In this document: positions 25,059 through 34,262 of the stretch, one piece after another
Position numbering within the stretch: position 1 is the stretch's first letter
Layout of the letters: each line of letters begins with the position of its first letter
DNA from: an uncultured Ruminococcus sp.
GTDB lineage: Bacteria > Bacillota > Clostridia > Oscillospirales > CAG-272
NCBI GenBank assembly: GCA_964620565.1
Contig: CAZUJY010000002.1
Location: 1 to 35,985, forward strand
Length of the DNA stretch: 35,985 bases
Direction of reading: 5' to 3'
The notes under the pieces: model-generated
Seen by the model: the letters and a program-made list of their open reading frames with translations, nothing else
What the model was told of the DNA's origin: nothing
Databases searched by the model: none
Made by a program: the position numbers and the translations under genes

Positions 25059-25087
25059 ATTATAACAAATAATATTTTAAAAGTCAA
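25059..25087 (-). promoter_or_regulatory. Sigma-A-type promoter for the coiled-coil gene
   Basis: On the minus strand: TTGACT (25087-25082), 17-nt spacer, TATAAT (25064-25059). Confidence 0.55.
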
Positions 25088-25149
25088 TAGGTATGTGCAT
25101 TTTTTTGAAATTTACGCAAAATTATAAAGTTTAATGGTCAAAAATGGAC

Positions 25150-25187
25150 AAAAAACCGCATCCTTTTGTCAAAAGATGCGGATTTTG
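25150..25187 (-). terminator. Intrinsic terminator after tpiA (bidirectional in form)
   Basis: CCGCATC-CTTTTGTCAAAA-GATGCGG, flanked by A6 and T-rich tracts. Confidence 0.75.
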
Positions 25188-25211
25188 ATTTGATTTTTTT
25201 GTTTAAAAGAA

Positions 25212-25967
25212 TCAGTTTGCAGCCTTTACGATAGCTGTGAACTTATCAGTCTTAAGCGATGCGCCGCCGATAAGACCGCCGTCAACGTTCACCTTGGCAA
25301 GAAGCTCTGCCGCATTGCCGTCGTTCATAGAGCCGCCGTACTGAATAGTGGTGCTCTCTGCTACCTCGCTGCCGTAGATCTCTTCAAGAGTCTTACGGAT
25401 CACTCCGCAGGTCTCGTCAGCCTGCTCGGGAGTTGCGGTAAGGCCTGTTCCGATCGCCCAAACGGGCTCGTAAGCAATGATAACATTCTTCATTTCCTCG
25501 GCAGAAACGCCCAAAAGGTCAAGTTTTGTTTGCATTGCGACTACTTCATCGGTGATTCCGTTAAGTCTTTCGTCCTTAACCTCGCCAAGACAAAGTATAA
25601 CCTTAAGGCCTGCCGCAAGGGCAGCCTTGGTGCGAAGATTAACGGTTGCATCGGTCTCGCCGAAGTACTGACGGCGCTCGGAGTGGCCGATAACAACGTA
25701 CTCAGTGCCGATCTCAAGAAGCATCCTTGCGCTGATCTCGCCGGTGTAAGCGCCGCTCTCTGCAAAATGCACGTTCTCTGCGCCGATCTTGATATTAGTT
25801 CCCTTCGCCGCCTCAACTGCGGTCGCAATGTCAACGTAGGGAACGCAAAGCACGATGTCGCACTTGTCAAGACCTGCCACCATAGGAGCAAGCTCCTCGA
25901 TAAATGCCTTAGTCTGCGCAGGCGTCATGTTCATCTTCCAGTTGCCTGCGATTACTGTTCTTCTCAT
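25212..25967 (-). CDS. tpiA: Triose-phosphate isomerase
   Basis: MRRTVIAGNWKMNM...IGHSERR...YEPVWAIGTG. The start is placed at the ATG at 25967, after an AAGGAA RBS, not at the track's upstream 26093. Confidence 0.93.
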   Translation of the reverse strand: MRRTVIAGNWKMNMTPAQTKAFIEELAPMVAGLDKCDIVLCVPYVDIATAVEAAKGTNIKIGAENVHFAESGAYTGEISARMLLEIGTEYVVIGHSERRQYFGETDATVNLRTKAALAAGLKVILCLGEVKDERLNGITDEVVAMQTKLDLLGVSAEEMKNVIIAYEPVWAIGTGLTATPEQADETCGVIRKTLEEIYGSEVAESTTIQYGGSMNDGNAAELLAKVNVDGGLIGGASLKTDKFTAIVKAAN

Positions 25968-26004
25968 TATAATTTCCTTCTTTGTGTGTAATTTGAAATA
26001 TGTA

Positions 26005-26106
26005 AGACCGTCAGATTTTGGATGAGATTTGCCGATCTTGCGACGCCGGGCGTAGTGACCTACGTCAAGGAGCAAATCGACGAATATCGCCAAAATATGA
26101 CGGTCT
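26005..26106 (-). other. Extended imperfect hairpin (~100 nt) in the pgk-tpiA intergenic spacer
   Basis: The outer arms 26005-26021 and 26090-26106 are complementary at 16 of 17 positions. The inner helix is 26026-26032 with 26072-26078 (GATTTGC/GCAAATC). CTTG..ACG pairs with CGTCAAG. The apical helix is CGTA-GTGACC-TACG (26051-26064). Confidence 0.6.
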
Positions 26107-26114
26107 ATCTGGAA

Positions 26115-27431
26115 TTATTTGTCGAGAAGACAACTAATTCCAGGAAGATCCTTACCCTCCAGGAATTCCAAGGATGCGCCGCCGCCTGTAGAGATGTGAG
26201 TGATCTTGGATGCGTAGCCAAGTTGCTCGCAAGCCGCTGCGCTGTCGCCGCCGCCTACGATGGTGATAGCAGAGCTGTCAGCGAGCGCCTGCGCAACCGC
26301 AATGGTACCCTTTGCAAGAACGGGGTTCTCGAATACGCCCATAGGACCGTTCCATACAACAGTCTTTGCAGAGAGAACTGCCTCTGCGTACATTGCTGCG
26401 GTCTTGGGACCGATGTCAAGGCCCTCCTTGTCAGCGGGGATCTTGTCGGAGTCAACGTACTCAATGTCGATAGGACCGTCGATAGGATTGGGGAAGCTGT
26501 CTGCCACTGCGTTATCTACGGGGAGAAGAAGCTTTACGCCAAGGCTCTCTGCCTTTGCCATCATCTCACGGCAGTAGTCGATCTTGGTATCGTCAAGAAG
26601 AGACTTACCTACGCCGTAGCCCTTTGCCGCATTGAAGGTGAACGCCATACCGCCACCGATAATAAGAGTGTCAACCTTGGTGAGAAGGTTGTCGATTACG
26701 TTAAGCTTATCAGCAACCTTTGCGCCGCCGAGAATTGCTACGAAGGGACGCTCGGGGTTGGAAAGAGCCTTACCCATTACGGAGATCTCCTTCTCGATAA
26801 GGTAGCCGCATACTGCGGGAATGTAGTCTGCAACGCCTGCGGTGGATGCGTGAGCTCTATGAGCCGCACCGAATGCGTCGTTTACGAATACGTCAGCGTA
26901 GGAAGCAAGCTCCTTTGCAAGCTCAGCGCCGTTCTTGGTCTCGCGGGCATCAAATCTGGTGTTCTCAAGAAGAACAGCGTGACCGGGCTCGAGAGTTGCA
27001 ACCTTTGCCTTTGCATCAGCGCCGATAATGTCCTCTGCGAAGGAAACTGTGCCCTCGCCGAGAAGCTCGTTAAGTCTTACGCATACGGGCTTAAGAGTAA
27101 GCTTCTTCTTGTCGGAAACAAGCGCCTTGTCAAGATATTCCTTGGTAGCAGCTGCCTGCTCCTCTGCGGGAAGAGCCTCAACAGCCTTCTTCTCCTTCTT
27201 GGTAAGGCCAAAGCCCTCGGTGAGAATTGCATGGGGCTTACCCATGTGAGAGCAAAGAATAACCTTTGCGCCCTGACCGAGAAGATACTGAATTGTAGGA
27301 AGAGCGGATACTATTCTCTTGTCAGAGGTGATAACGCCATCCTTCATAGGAACGTTGAAGTCGCAACGAACCAGCACGGTTTTGCCGGCTACGTCAATGT
27401 CTTCAATGTTTTCCTTATTGTAAGTTGCCAT
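26115..27431 (-). CDS. pgk: Phosphoglycerate kinase (with a ~35-40-aa insertion after the N-terminal GKP motif)
   Basis: ...[20 protein letters not shown]...[19 protein letters not shown]......LKPV...L.ELLG..V... and C-terminal [18 protein letters not shown]. It is 438 aa, versus about 395-400 aa for typical Pgk proteins. Confidence 0.92.
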   Translation of the reverse strand: MATYNKENIEDIDVAGKTVLVRCDFNVPMKDGVITSDKRIVSALPTIQYLLGQGAKVILCSHMGKPHAILTEGFGLTKKEKKAVEALPAEEQAAATKEYLDKALVSDKKKLTLKPVCVRLNELLGEGTVSFAEDIIGADAKAKVATLEPGHAVLLENTRFDARETKNGAELAKELASYADVFVNDAFGAAHRAHASTAGVADYIPAVCGYLIEKEISVMGKALSNPERPFVAILGGAKVADKLNVIDNLLTKVDTLIIGGGMAFTFNAAKGYGVGKSLLDDTKIDYCREMMAKAESLGVKLLLPVDNAVADSFPNPIDGPIDIEYVDSDKIPADKEGLDIGPKTAAMYAEAVLSAKTVVWNGPMGVFENPVLAKGTIAVAQALADSSAITIVGGGDSAAACEQLGYASKITHISTGGGASLEFLEGKDLPGISCLLDK

Positions 27432-27469
27432 TTTTTAATTTCTCCTTAAAATATTTTCACACAAGGTAT

Positions 27470-27498
27470 ATAATACCACACCTTTTCGGGAAAGTCAA
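27470..27498 (-). promoter_or_regulatory. Sigma-A-type promoter for pgk-tpiA
   Basis: On the minus strand: TTGACT (27498-27493), 17-nt spacer, TATTAT (27475-27470), preceded by TG. Confidence 0.55.
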
Positions 27499-27527
27499 TA
27501 GACTTTGTTAAATAATAAACGATATTT

Positions 27528-28871
27528 TTATTTTCCCGCCACAGAAACGTTGTGAACGAGAACTGCAGGAGAGCCGAAGGTGGTAAAGCCGCCTGTTACC
27601 GCTACCTCGACCGTATCGGAGAGGGCTGCGATAGACTTGAGAAGCTCAAAGAAGTTACCTGCTATGGTAAAGGACTTTACAGCCTCACCCTTCTTGCCGT
27701 TCGTAATTCTGAATCCTGCGGACTCGATGGAGAAGTCGCCGGTTACGGCGTTTGCTCCTGCGTGCAGACCCTTAAGCTCGGTGATGTAGATGCCGCCCTC
27801 TGCCATTGCAAAAAGCTCATCCTCGGTCTTGCCGCCTGCCTCAAGGCAGAATGCGTAGGGGCTGATGCCAACGGGAGAGGCATAGCTGCCCTTGCTTGCG
27901 TTACCTGTGCTTTCGACACCTGCAACGGCTGCGGTCTCTCGGTTGTAAAGAAGGGTCTTGAGAACGCCATTTTCAACGACCGCCTTGCGATATGCGGCAA
28001 CGCCCTCCGCATCGAAGTTTGTCTGAATGGAAACTCCCTCTCTCATAGGGTCGTCGGTGATGGTGACGATCTCGGAGGCGATCATCTCACCCTCCTTGCC
28101 CTTAAGGAGCGACATACCCATCTGCGCCATCTTTGCGGAGAATGCCGAAGCGTAGGCGGAGAGAATGGTGCGCATCTGCTTTGCGCTGATAACCACGCTG
28201 TATTTACCCGACTCAACAGAGCCTGCGTTGATCTTGACAAGCGCGTTGTCCACAACCTTGGAGGCAAGAGCCTTCATATCCACCTCGCCGTGAAGCTCTT
28301 GAATATCGTAGGCGCTCTCAAATTTACCCTCGTCGCAAACCACCGCCTGAAGCTGAAGGGCATTGATACCGCAGTCAGTCTGAAGATCAAGGCCGTGGGA
28401 GTTGGAGAGGCGAACGTTAAAGCCTGCGGTGATGCCGTAGGTGGCTGTACCGCCTGCGATCTTGTCACTGTAATTATAGATCTGGTCTGCGAGCTCGCCT
28501 GTAAGCTTCTTCAGCTCGCCTGCGCCTGCGGGAGTGAAGTCTGCATTTTTAAGCTCCGCATAGGATTCCGAGCCCTTGAAGATACCTACGGTATCGGGCT
28601 TTTCGGTGGCAGAGGCATTCGCCCTTGCGCGGGAGACGAGAGCCTTCATCTCCTCTTCTTCCATAAGCTCGCTTGCCGCATAGCCGATCTTACCCTCGTG
28701 AAGAACTCTGAGGCAGATTCCGCCCGAGTTACCCGAGGAGAAGGAGTTGGGCTCTCTGTTGAGCGTGTCAACCGAAAGCTCCTCTGAAGACATATAGTAT
28801 ATTTCGTACTCGGAAACGCCCTGAGCCCTTGCCTCGTTTTCTATTGCTGCTTTAAGTAATTCGTAGTTCAT
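27528..28871 (-). CDS. pmbA: TldE/PmbA-family metalloprotease subunit
   Basis: 447 aa with TldD/PmbA-fold composition, lacking the HExxxH motif. It starts 1 nt after the tldD stop. Confidence 0.75.
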   Translation of the reverse strand: MNYELLKAAIENEARAQGVSEYEIYYMSSEELSVDTLNREPNSFSSGNSGGICLRVLHEGKIGYAASELMEEEEMKALVSRARANASATEKPDTVGIFKGSESYAELKNADFTPAGAGELKKLTGELADQIYNYSDKIAGGTATYGITAGFNVRLSNSHGLDLQTDCGINALQLQAVVCDEGKFESAYDIQELHGEVDMKALASKVVDNALVKINAGSVESGKYSVVISAKQMRTILSAYASAFSAKMAQMGMSLLKGKEGEMIASEIVTITDDPMREGVSIQTNFDAEGVAAYRKAVVENGVLKTLLYNRETAAVAGVESTGNASKGSYASPVGISPYAFCLEAGGKTEDELFAMAEGGIYITELKGLHAGANAVTGDFSIESAGFRITNGKKGEAVKSFTIAGNFFELLKSIAALSDTVEVAVTGGFTTFGSPAVLVHNVSVAGK

Positions 28872-28872
28872 A

Positions 28873-30258
28873 TTATCTACCTCCTACGGTGATCTTGGAA
28901 ACCCTGATGAGTGGCTGACCTACGTCGGTGGGAACGCTGCCCGACGAGCTGCCGCACATACCCTGTCCTGTGGCGAGGTTCTGACCTACCATATCGATAT
29001 CCTGAAGAATATCCGAGCCTGTTCCAATAAGCGATGCGCCTCTTACAGCCTCGCAGATCTTACCGTTACGTACGATATAGCCCTCGGTAACGGCAAAGTT
29101 GAAGGCGCCTGTCAGGGGATTTACCGAACCTCCGCCCATGCTCTTTGCATAAAGGCCGTACTCAATGGATGCGATAATGTCCTCGTTTCTGTCGGGACCG
29201 TTATCGATAAAGGTGTTTGTCATTCTGGAGGTGGGCTCGTAGGTGTAGCTCTGTCTACGGCTGTTACCAGTCATAGGCATACCCATACGGCGAGAGCCGA
29301 GACGGTCTACCATATAGGATTTGAGAACGCCGTTCTCTATGAGAACGTTACGCTGGGTGAGATTACCCTCGTCGTCTATATTGACGGAGCCCCAGGCGTT
29401 TGGAATAGTGCCGTCGTCGATGGCGGTAACCTTCTCGTTTGCGATTTTCTGACCAAGCTTGCCGCACATCTGGGAACGTCCCGTGCCCACAGAGGTAGCC
29501 TCAAGAGAATGACCGCAAGCCTCGTGGAAGATTACACCGCCAAAGCCGTTTTCAATAGCTACCGGCATCTGTCCTGCGGGACAGTAATCCGCCTCAAGAT
29601 TGGTGATAGCCTGAGCCGCTGCGGTTCTGCCTATCTCCTCGGGCTTGAACATCTCGAACACCTCAAGACCCATACCACGTCCGGGAGAGCAGGAGCCGTT
29701 CTGGTTCTCACCGCCGGAGGATGCAACGGCGCTTACAGCCATTCTGGTACGGATATGTCTGTCGGTCTTGAAAAGGCCCTCGGTGTTTGCTACGAGAATG
29801 GTATGATCAACGGTGATAAGGTTACCCACAGACTGAACGATACGGCTGTCGTATGCTCTCGCAGCGTCGGTGGCAAGGCGAAGCAGATCGCACTTTACCT
29901 TGTTATCTGCGGTTGCGGGGTTGATCTTTACGGGATGTATGTCCTTAACTGCGGTGGGCTTCAGAATGATGCTTCTCTCTTCTCTGCCCTCGCCCACAGC
30001 CTCGGCCACGGCCTTTGCGCATTTAATAAGTCCTTCTCTTGAAATGTCGGAGGTAGATCCGTAAACCGTTCTTGTGCCTAAGAACGCGCGGATGCCCACA
30101 CCCGATACGGTGTTGTCCGCAATGGCGTCAATTCTGCCGCTGAGCAGAGTGATTGTACCGTTTCTGGTAAGCTCCCAGTATACCTCGGCAAAATCTGCGC
30201 CGGTGGATACGGCAATGCCAAGGATCTCTTCGATAAGTTTTTGGTTATTGATATCCAT
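28873..30258 (-). CDS. tldD: TldD-family metalloprotease
   Basis: 461 aa containing GGVIFHEACGHSLEA (the HExxxH motif characteristic of TldD) and a C-terminal ...GMCG..SG.VP...GQP. Confidence 0.85.
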   Translation of the reverse strand: MDINNQKLIEEILGIAVSTGADFAEVYWELTRNGTITLLSGRIDAIADNTVSGVGIRAFLGTRTVYGSTSDISREGLIKCAKAVAEAVGEGREERSIILKPTAVKDIHPVKINPATADNKVKCDLLRLATDAARAYDSRIVQSVGNLITVDHTILVANTEGLFKTDRHIRTRMAVSAVASSGGENQNGSCSPGRGMGLEVFEMFKPEEIGRTAAAQAITNLEADYCPAGQMPVAIENGFGGVIFHEACGHSLEATSVGTGRSQMCGKLGQKIANEKVTAIDDGTIPNAWGSVNIDDEGNLTQRNVLIENGVLKSYMVDRLGSRRMGMPMTGNSRRQSYTYEPTSRMTNTFIDNGPDRNEDIIASIEYGLYAKSMGGGSVNPLTGAFNFAVTEGYIVRNGKICEAVRGASLIGTGSDILQDIDMVGQNLATGQGMCGSSSGSVPTDVGQPLIRVSKITVGGR

Positions 30259-30393
30259 TTGCTTACTCCTTGAAAAAATATTTTGCTATTATATAGCATA
30301 TCACAAAATGATGAGATTATCAATACATTTTTCGCAAGAAAAAGCGATAATTGACATTATACCTTAAATCGACTTTTATTTTTGCAAAAATAC

Positions 30394-30422
30394 TTGACAG
30401 GTGACCAATAAAAGTGTATACT
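30394..30422 (+). promoter_or_regulatory. Sigma-A-type promoter for the second TetR gene
   Basis: TTGACA, 17-nt spacer, TATACT. Confidence 0.55.
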
Positions 30423-30457
30423 GAAATCAAAACACAAGAAAAAGTGAGGACAAGCAA

Positions 30458-31030
30458 ATGTCAGGCAAGGAAGATCTCAGAGTAAGAAGAACGAAGAAGG
30501 CGCTTTACGACGCTTTTCTCGATCTGCTAAGCGAAAAGCCCTTTGACGAGATAACCATAAACGAGCTGTGTGACAAGGCGGGCATCAGAAGAGCCACCTT
30601 CTACAAGCACTACTCGGATAAGTTTGATTTTCTGACCGCATATACCGGTGTGCTTCGTGACAACTTCGACAGATATATGGTGAAGCTGGGCAAGCCCTCG
30701 CTTACCTCGGATTATTACATCGCTTATGCGAAGAGGATAATCCACTATATCGACGAAAACGCCGCCGCTATCGACAATATCTGCAAGAGCAATCTCTTCC
30801 CCTCCGTGCTGGCTCTTATATTCGAGAAGAACTTCCATGACACCCGCGAGAGACTTCGCATAAGCGTTGCTACTGGTATGGATCTGCCCGCAACAATAGA
30901 TACCGTTGCGGCCACCTGCGCCGGCGGAGTTGCCGCCTGCGTTTACTGCTGGCTTGTTGAGGGCAGAAAGACCGATCCCGACGTTGTTGCCGAGCAGGTT
31001 GGCGCCATTGTGGCTAAAATTATCGACTAA
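30458..31030 (+). CDS. TetR/AcrR-family transcriptional regulator
   Basis: RVRRTKKALYDAFLDLLSEKPFDEITINELCDKAGIRRATFYKHYSDKFDF is the canonical TetR HTH. It is divergent from tldD. Confidence 0.85.
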   Translation: MSGKEDLRVRRTKKALYDAFLDLLSEKPFDEITINELCDKAGIRRATFYKHYSDKFDFLTAYTGVLRDNFDRYMVKLGKPSLTSDYYIAYAKRIIHYIDENAAAIDNICKSNLFPSVLALIFEKNFHDTRERLRISVATGMDLPATIDTVAATCAGGVAACVYCWLVEGRKTDPDVVAEQVGAIVAKIID

Positions 31031-31057
31031 AGTTTACATTTTGGCAGTTTTTTTGAT

Positions 31058-31096
31058 AAAAAAGCGACCCGAGCTGTCGGGTCGCTTTTGCTTTTA
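31058..31096. terminator. Bidirectional intrinsic terminator
   Basis: AAAAAAGCGACCCGA-GCTG-TCGGGTCGCTTTTGCTTTT, between convergent genes. Confidence 0.85.
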
Positions 31097-31107
31097 TGCT
31101 TTGAATT

Positions 31108-31734
31108 TTACTTATTGGAGTCAATGTAGGGCATATACGCCTTAAGATAATCAATTCCCGAGAAGAGAGTGGTGAACGCCATAACAGCCATCGCCACGTA
31201 GGAGAGGATGTGGTTGTCACAGACGAAGGACACTGCCTCGTGCTTTATAACCATAGGAATTGCGGGCTCGAGAATGAATACGAGAGTTCCCACCATCTGA
31301 GAAACCGTCTTGATCTTACCGAGAATACTGGCGGCAACGACGATTCCGCTCTTGCCTGCAACGACAAGACGAAGGCTGGTAACTCCAAGCTCGCGGAGAA
31401 GGATAATAAGAACTACCCAGACGAAGATAAGCGCAAAAATCATCTCGCCGCGGAGAAGCATCCATACAAGTATGGAGATCATAGAGGAAAGCACCATAAA
31501 TTTATCTGCCAGAGGGTCGATAAACTTACCGAAGTCGGTGACGAGATTGTACTTTCTTGCGATCTTGCCGTCAAGCATATCGGTAATCGCTGTCAGTCCG
31601 TATACTGCGGCGGGTACTATGTAGCCCCATATACCCGTATCTCCCATAAACAGTAGGGTCGCCACAAATACGGGAACAAGCAGGCATCTGATAATTGACA
31701 GGGTGTTGGGAATATTCATTGATGATTTTTTCAT
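31108..31734 (-). CDS. pgsA: CDP-diacylglycerol--glycerol-3-phosphate 3-phosphatidyltransferase
   Basis: CDP-alcohol phosphotransferase motif DMLDGKIARKYNLVTDFGKFIDPLADK. 208 aa, multi-TM, in the conserved position downstream of rimO. Confidence 0.88.
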   Translation of the reverse strand: MKKSSMNIPNTLSIIRCLLVPVFVATLLFMGDTGIWGYIVPAAVYGLTAITDMLDGKIARKYNLVTDFGKFIDPLADKFMVLSSMISILVWMLLRGEMIFALIFVWVVLIILLRELGVTSLRLVVAGKSGIVVAASILGKIKTVSQMVGTLVFILEPAIPMVIKHEAVSFVCDNHILSYVAMAVMAFTTLFSGIDYLKAYMPYIDSNK

Positions 31735-31748
31735 AGCTAATACCTCTC

Positions 31749-33074
31749 TTAACCTTGGATCTCGCCCACAAGATCGTAGTCCATTGCCTCGGTGATATGC
31801 ACCGTTACGAATTCACCCGAGAGAACCTTTTTTGCTGATTTGAAATAAACTCTGCCGTCAACGTCGGGTGCGTCGGCAAAGGAGCGTCCGTAATAGACCT
31901 CGGCGATACGGTCATAGCCCTCGCAGAGAACGGTAAGGCTGGCGCCAACTCTCTCGGCGGTCTTTTCCTCGGCTACGGTAAGCTGAGTCTGCATAAGAAT
32001 ATCGTATCTGTCCTGCTTTACCTGCTCGTCGATCTGATCCTCCATCTCTGCGGCGGCGGTTCCCTCCTCGGGTGAGAAGGTAAAGGCGCCAAAGCGGTCG
32101 AATTTGGTCTCCTTCACGAACTCGCAAAGCTCGGTAAAGTCCTCCTCGGTCTCACCCGGGAAGCCGACCATGGCGGTAGTACGGAGGATTATGCCGGGAA
32201 CACAGGCGCGTAGGCGCTTTACAGCATCAATTATCAGCTGCTTGCCGCCGTGACGGTTCATTCTCTTAAGAACCGAGTCGGAGATATGCTGAACGGGAAT
32301 GTCCATATAGTTAAGGAGTCTTTCGTTTGTGCGGAATTCTTCGATAAGCTCGTCGGTGATCTTATCGGGATAGCAATAAAGAAGTCTGATCCAAGGAATA
32401 TCGGTTGCCTCGGTGATGGCACGGACAAGCCTTGCAAGGCTGTACTCGCCGTAAATATCAAGGCCGTATCTTGTGGTATCCTGGGCGATAAGGTTGATCT
32501 CCTTTACTCCCATTGCCTCAAGGTCCTTTGCCTCGGCAACGATGTCCTCAATTCTACGGCTTCTGTGTCTGCCGCGGATAAGCGGGATCGCACAGTAGGT
32601 ACAGAGATTGTCGCAGCCCTCGGAGATCTTTATATATGCGGAATAGGGACCTGTGGTAATGATTCGGTCGCCGCCAAGAGCCGCCGTCTCCTTATCCTTA
32701 AAGGAAACAAACTTCTCCCCACGCATAACAGCCTCGCACGCCTTGGCAATATCGTCAAGACTGCCGATGCCCACAAGTGCGTCGATCTCGGGCATCTCCT
32801 CCATTACCTGCTCACGGTAACGCTCTACAAGACAGCCTGTGGCAATAATGTGACGGCAGTTGCCCCATTCCTTAAGAGAGGCGGCGTCAAGAATATTGTC
32901 AATAGCCTCCTGCTTTGCGCTCTCGATAAAGCCGCAGGTATTTATTATGATGATCTCCGCCTCCTCCTCGTTGGGAGTGATCTGAAATCCGGCGGTGTGA
33001 AGATTGTGAAGCATAACCTCGGTGTCAACAAGATTTTTGCAGCAGCCGAGGGAGATAAAACCAACTTTTGTCAT
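31749..33074 (-). CDS. rimO: Ribosomal protein S12 methylthiotransferase RimO (radical SAM MTTase)
   Basis: N-terminal UPF0004 domain (KVGFISLGCCKNLVDTE), radical SAM CDNLCTYC cluster and a C-terminal TRAM domain. 441 aa. Confidence 0.88.
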   Translation of the reverse strand: MTKVGFISLGCCKNLVDTEVMLHNLHTAGFQITPNEEEAEIIIINTCGFIESAKQEAIDNILDAASLKEWGNCRHIIATGCLVERYREQVMEEMPEIDALVGIGSLDDIAKACEAVMRGEKFVSFKDKETAALGGDRIITTGPYSAYIKISEGCDNLCTYCAIPLIRGRHRSRRIEDIVAEAKDLEAMGVKEINLIAQDTTRYGLDIYGEYSLARLVRAITEATDIPWIRLLYCYPDKITDELIEEFRTNERLLNYMDIPVQHISDSVLKRMNRHGGKQLIIDAVKRLRACVPGIILRTTAMVGFPGETEEDFTELCEFVKETKFDRFGAFTFSPEEGTAAAEMEDQIDEQVKQDRYDILMQTQLTVAEEKTAERVGASLTVLCEGYDRIAEVYYGRSFADAPDVDGRVYFKSAKKVLSGEFVTVHITEAMDYDLVGEIQG

Positions 33075-33105
33075 AATTTGACTACCATTCTTTACATTTA
33101 GTGAA

Positions 33106-33627
33106 TTATTTAAGCAGATTTTTAAATTTGGGTCTTATTTTCTGCATATAAAATCGAACCATAACTACGATGAACAAATCGTACAGAATGAACGCCAGGA
33201 TCATAAGCACGTAGGTAACTATGGCGAGAAGCTTGCTGTCCTCCTCGAAGAAGGGAATGCCGAGCAGATGGAATATGCCGAACAGTCCCCAGATAACCGC
33301 ATTGATATAGGCAAGCTTAACGATCAGCCAGGACCATCTGGGCAGGCGCTCGATATACGCCTTTATCAAGGGATAGATGCCGAAGATCAGAAAATACTCC
33401 GCCCATATTCCCGAGGAGCTGTAAATAAGAGCTGTGGCAAGGGTGGTACAGATCCACACAAGCCAGGGGTAATAGGAGCCGATCTCAAGGTAGATGAATA
33501 CCACGATCAGCGATGCAAGCGCGCAGACGGTGAGATCCATAACGGGAAATACTGCGCCTAGTATCATTGCCGCCGTGCCGAGAGCGACCATAATAGCGGA
33601 AAGGGTAAGCTTTTTCGTCTGACTCAT
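33106..33627 (-). CDS. Hypothetical integral membrane protein (~5 TM)
   Basis: I place the start at the ATG at 33627 ([17 protein letters not shown]...). It overlaps the upstream stop in an ATGA arrangement (33624-33627). No family recognised with confidence. Confidence 0.6.
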   Translation of the reverse strand: MSQTKKLTLSAIMVALGTAAMILGAVFPVMDLTVCALASLIVVFIYLEIGSYYPWLVWICTTLATALIYSSSGIWAEYFLIFGIYPLIKAYIERLPRWSWLIVKLAYINAVIWGLFGIFHLLGIPFFEEDSKLLAIVTYVLMILAFILYDLFIVVMVRFYMQKIRPKFKNLLK

Positions 33628-34262
33628 ATACAACGGATAAGGTCGCCGCCCATACATTCGCACAGACAGTCAAGACACATAAGGTTCATACAGCAATCGC
33701 AAGCATCGTCGGATGAGGAGCGACGGCGTGAGGTGCTTGTATAATAGGTACTGCCGTAGCCGCGGGCACCTGTGTTGAACATCTCCTTCGCCTTCTGATA
33801 TTCGATATTACCCGGCTCCATGCTGCAAGCCATTTCAAGCTCACGCATAGCGTCGTTTACGTATCCACGGTGCATAAGAAGAACGCTGTTCAGATAATGC
33901 CATTCCGCAGTGCGCTCGCTGATCGGGATCTCGGCAATGCGGCGCTCTGCCTCATGAAATCTCTTTGCATTTATAAGTCTTCTGATCTCGGCGTAAACAC
34001 CCGAGGTGCTTCCTGTTCCGCTGTAGCTCTGGTAGTATGTACCGTTGCCCTTGTAAGCAGATCCGCCCGAGGAGCGCATACGCTGAATCTCGTCGTATGC
34101 CGCATTAATCTCCTGCATCTTCTCATTTGCCAGATCCTTAAGAGGATTATCGTCGCCGTAATTGTCGGGATGATATTTTCTGGCGAGAGCGCGGTAGGCA
34201 TTCTTAATTTCTTCATCTGATGCGTCGCTTGACACACCGAGTATGGTATAGGGATCCTTCAA
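33624..34262 (-). CDS. J-domain protein with TPR-like middle region and Cys-rich C-terminal tail
   Basis: The TTG start abuts the upstream [37 protein letters not shown] is the J domain, including HPD. The tail is [25 protein letters not shown], with 8 Cys in the last 25 residues. Confidence 0.8.
   Translation of the reverse strand: MKDPYTILGVSSDASDEEIKNAYRALARKYHPDNYGDDNPLKDLANEKMQEINAAYDEIQRMRSSGGSAYKGNGTYYQSYSGTGSTSGVYAEIRRLINAKRFHEAERRIAEIPISERTAEWHYLNSVLLMHRGYVNDAMRELEMACSMEPGNIEYQKAKEMFNTGARGYGSTYYTSTSRRRSSSDDACDCCMNLMCLDCLCECMGGDLIRCI

Noticed and set aside
26022-28787. Two very long plus-strand ORFs (26022..27449, 475 aa; 27552..28787, 411 aa)
   Set aside because: They are antisense to unmistakable pgk and pmbA genes. 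They are Cys/Leu/Val-rich and have no start context. Stop-poor antisense frames of this kind are typical opposite strongly codon-biased genes.
27528-30258. TldD/PmbA pair as part of a microcin/RiPP maturation cluster
   Set aside because: I saw no precursor-peptide ORF, cyclodehydratase, immunity gene or export gene nearby. The flanking genes are pgk-tpiA and a TetR regulator. TldD/TldE pairs are common housekeeping genes.
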